From Candidatus Poribacteria bacterium (lineage in GTDB: Bacteria; Poribacteria; WGA-4E; PCPOR2b): a stretch of 64,000 nucleotides of DNA. Made by a program: the position numbers and the translations under genes. The stretch is from contig OZ244587.1 of the NCBI GenBank assembly GCA_965218095.1, positions 5,920,001-5,984,000 on the forward strand. Reading direction: 5' to 3'. This document shows positions 61,947 through 64,000 of this stretch, in pieces. Position 1 is the first letter of the stretch, and the number at the start of each line of letters is the position of its first letter. The notes under the pieces are model-generated. The model searched no databases, was not told the origin of the DNA, and saw only the letters and a program-made list of their open reading frames with translations.

Positions 61947-62713
61947 ATGTCTGTTCAAACCGATTTGAATCAGTGCGCGATCCTCACCCCGGAACAACGA
62001 GAGTTCTTCGACACCAACGGATACCTCGCAATCGAAAACGCGCTGCCTCAAGACGTGGTCGCTGAAATTGACGCGGCCATTGACGAGATTCATGAACGGG
62101 AAGAAAAGGCTGGACACCTTGAACCGAGCGGACAACTGAATGTGCGCAACTGCATTACGCAACACGACGCCTTTTTCCAGTTGCTCGATTGGCCCAGCAC
62201 CGCACCGCTCGCGTGGGGCATCCTCAATTGGAATATCCAGATGATCACCTCGCATTTACTCGTGCTCCCCTCAAAGGAGGAGCCGCCGCCGGAGGTCAAA
62301 AACAAGATTGGGCTGCACCGCGATGGTGGAACCTCTCCCCGCGAGATGCAGGAGCCCCATCCGAGAATCCTTCTCAAGATTGCTTACGCTATCAGCGATC
62401 AGTCAGATACGGCGTCGGGGGCAACCGTGCTTGTCCCTGGCAGCAATCGACTCACCGGCACCCTCGCCGTAGATTCGGAGACAGGCATGGCCCAGGGCAC
62501 AACTGGTCTGGAAAACCGAGAAAAACCATTTTCATGGGCTACGCTTACCGGTGGGTCAAACCGGTGGACTATATTGCAATGCCAGACAAATTGATTGCCA
62601 AGTGCACGACTCCGATACAGAAGCAACTGCTCGGCGTCGTCAGCGACCCGTTGAGCTATTATCTGCCCGAGGACGAAGATGTGCCGCTGAAGGGGCTAGT
62701 GAATCAGGTCTGA
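61947..62713 (+). pseudogene. PhyH-family dioxygenase with internal deletion and frameshift
   Basis: FFDTNGYL, LHRDGG and GATVLVPGSN, then a jump to NWSGKPRKTIFMGYAYRW in another frame. Confidence 0.8.
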
Positions 62714-63238
62714 AACATGATGCACGTTGCGCCACCTTTCAGACAACAGGCTGGACTTTGACGGCGCCGCAGTCGATAAGAGCACCAGGTAGAAATGTCT
62801 CGACGTTGAGTGTGTACAAAGGCGACACTTCGACTTTGCTAAGTATCGGAAACTCAATGTTTATTAGGGTTGAGTTTTTGTCGTTTGTTGTGATTGACAA
62901 TGGCATTGGTGTCTTACCAAGCACTGTGCCTGCGTTGATAGCGGATAGATCTATTCACGGAGGTTATCTATACAAATTATTAAACGAGGCTTGGTCATAG
63001 ACATTTCTGCCCACGATACATGAGGAAAAAGGGAGGATGCCCAGATGTGCGTAACATGTCACTTGATAGTGCAGAAACCCAAGAAAAAAGTCTCAATTCA
63101 ACCTGCAAATCCATGTCCTTTCCACATCCACAGCCGGCGTGGGAAGGAGTTCGTGTCTTGAGCAAGGGTTGCGACAACAGGTAAGCATCTCAATGAGAAA
63201 TTCCGTGAGATAAATGCCGGCTGGGAGAGGTTAAGTTG

Positions 63239-64000
63239 ATGCTCTACTCACTACCAGCAATGACAATACCGCTTATTTTGCTTGGGGAGACAGGTATTGC
63301 CCAGCCTATTGAGGTGAACAATGACCACCAGGTTTTCGTTGACGACTACCTGGTTGAGAGCCAAGATAACGTCACACGCCGGCTCAACCCGGACCAGAAG
63401 CATCCGGACAACCCCCTTTTCCCCCCGGAGAAGCCATGGGAGAGCAGCGGCGTGGTCCTAGGCGGCTCGGTTCTTTACGACGATCAGGAGCAAGTCTTCA
63501 AGATGTGGTACGGCGCCGGCTGGGAAAAGGAGACGCTTAACTACGCCACCTCCTCCGACGGTATCCACTGGGAGCGGCCCAATGTAGGGCTTATTGAGTT
63601 TGAAGGCTCAACAGACAACAATGTACTGCTGTTGGCTGAGGAGCGGATGAAAAGCGCCACGGTCATAAAAGATTTTGATGAACCGGACGAAAACCGTCGC
63701 TATAAGCTGTTGGTCTGGGTGGCAGTGCCCAACGATGCCTCCGCGCCGCCAATCGGCCCCGGGGCCGGCGGACACTATATCGGCTGGTCACCGGATGGCA
63801 TCCACTGGACTTTGTCGGAGGAGCCTGTTCTGACCTATCGAGGTGACCGGGCCTTTGATGCACTGTCGTTGATGTATGACCCGCGGCGCAAAAAGTACGT
63901 GGACTTCACCAAAAGCGACCACGTCAGCGAGCGGCGGGCCCGCTACATCTGCGAGAGCAACGACTTCCTAGATTGGACCAAACCCCGTCTCATCCTGGCC
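63239..64000 (+). CDS. Secreted five-bladed beta-propeller glycoside hydrolase-like protein, runs off the window end
   Basis: Hand translation gives QVFVDDYLVE, HPDNPLF..EKPWE, FKMWY, YATSSDGIHWERP and SPDGIHW; the frame is open to the end. Confidence 0.8.
   Translation, partial: MLYSLPAMTIPLILLGETGIAQPIEVNNDHQVFVDDYLVESQDNVTRRLNPDQKHPDNPLFPPEKPWESSGVVLGGSVLYDDQEQVFKMWYGAGWEKETLNYATSSDGIHWERPNVGLIEFEGSTDNNVLLLAEERMKSATVIKDFDEPDENRRYKLLVWVAVPNDASAPPIGPGAGGHYIGWSPDGIHWTLSEEPVLTYRGDRAFDALSLMYDPRRKKYVDFTKSDHVSERRARYICESNDFLDWTKPRLILA

Overview
Bacterial genomic window. Its gene content (seven PhyH-type dioxygenase paralogs, BNR and beta-propeller glycoside hydrolases, BatA/vWA and Omp85 proteins, many small palindromic repeats) resembles Candidatus Poribacteria or similar organisms; this assignment is inferred, not proven. 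Most of the window is housekeeping and metabolic genes (lysA, pcm, fabV, mazG, acyl-CoA ligase, a MoxR/DUF58 cluster) with a heavy load of pseudogenes and IS elements: one IS1595, three IS982/IS5-like DDE elements, one IS5 and several MITE/REP repeats. The most notable region is 1.25-9.85 kb, a co-oriented four-gene operon behind a perfect TTGACA-17-TATAAT promoter. It encodes an HTH plus SAM-methyltransferase-like protein, an SMC/Rad50-like coiled-coil ABC ATPase, a winged-helix-like protein of about 390 aa and an N4-cytosine-type DNA methyltransferase. I could not match this arrangement to a named defence system. The ATPase carries an in-frame TAA. The third gene is split by an IS1595 element that has unusual ends, inward promoters in both inverted repeats, small passenger genes and a dense array of stem-loops. 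No rRNA, tRNA or CRISPR array was seen. All calls come from reading motifs by eye; no database searches were run.
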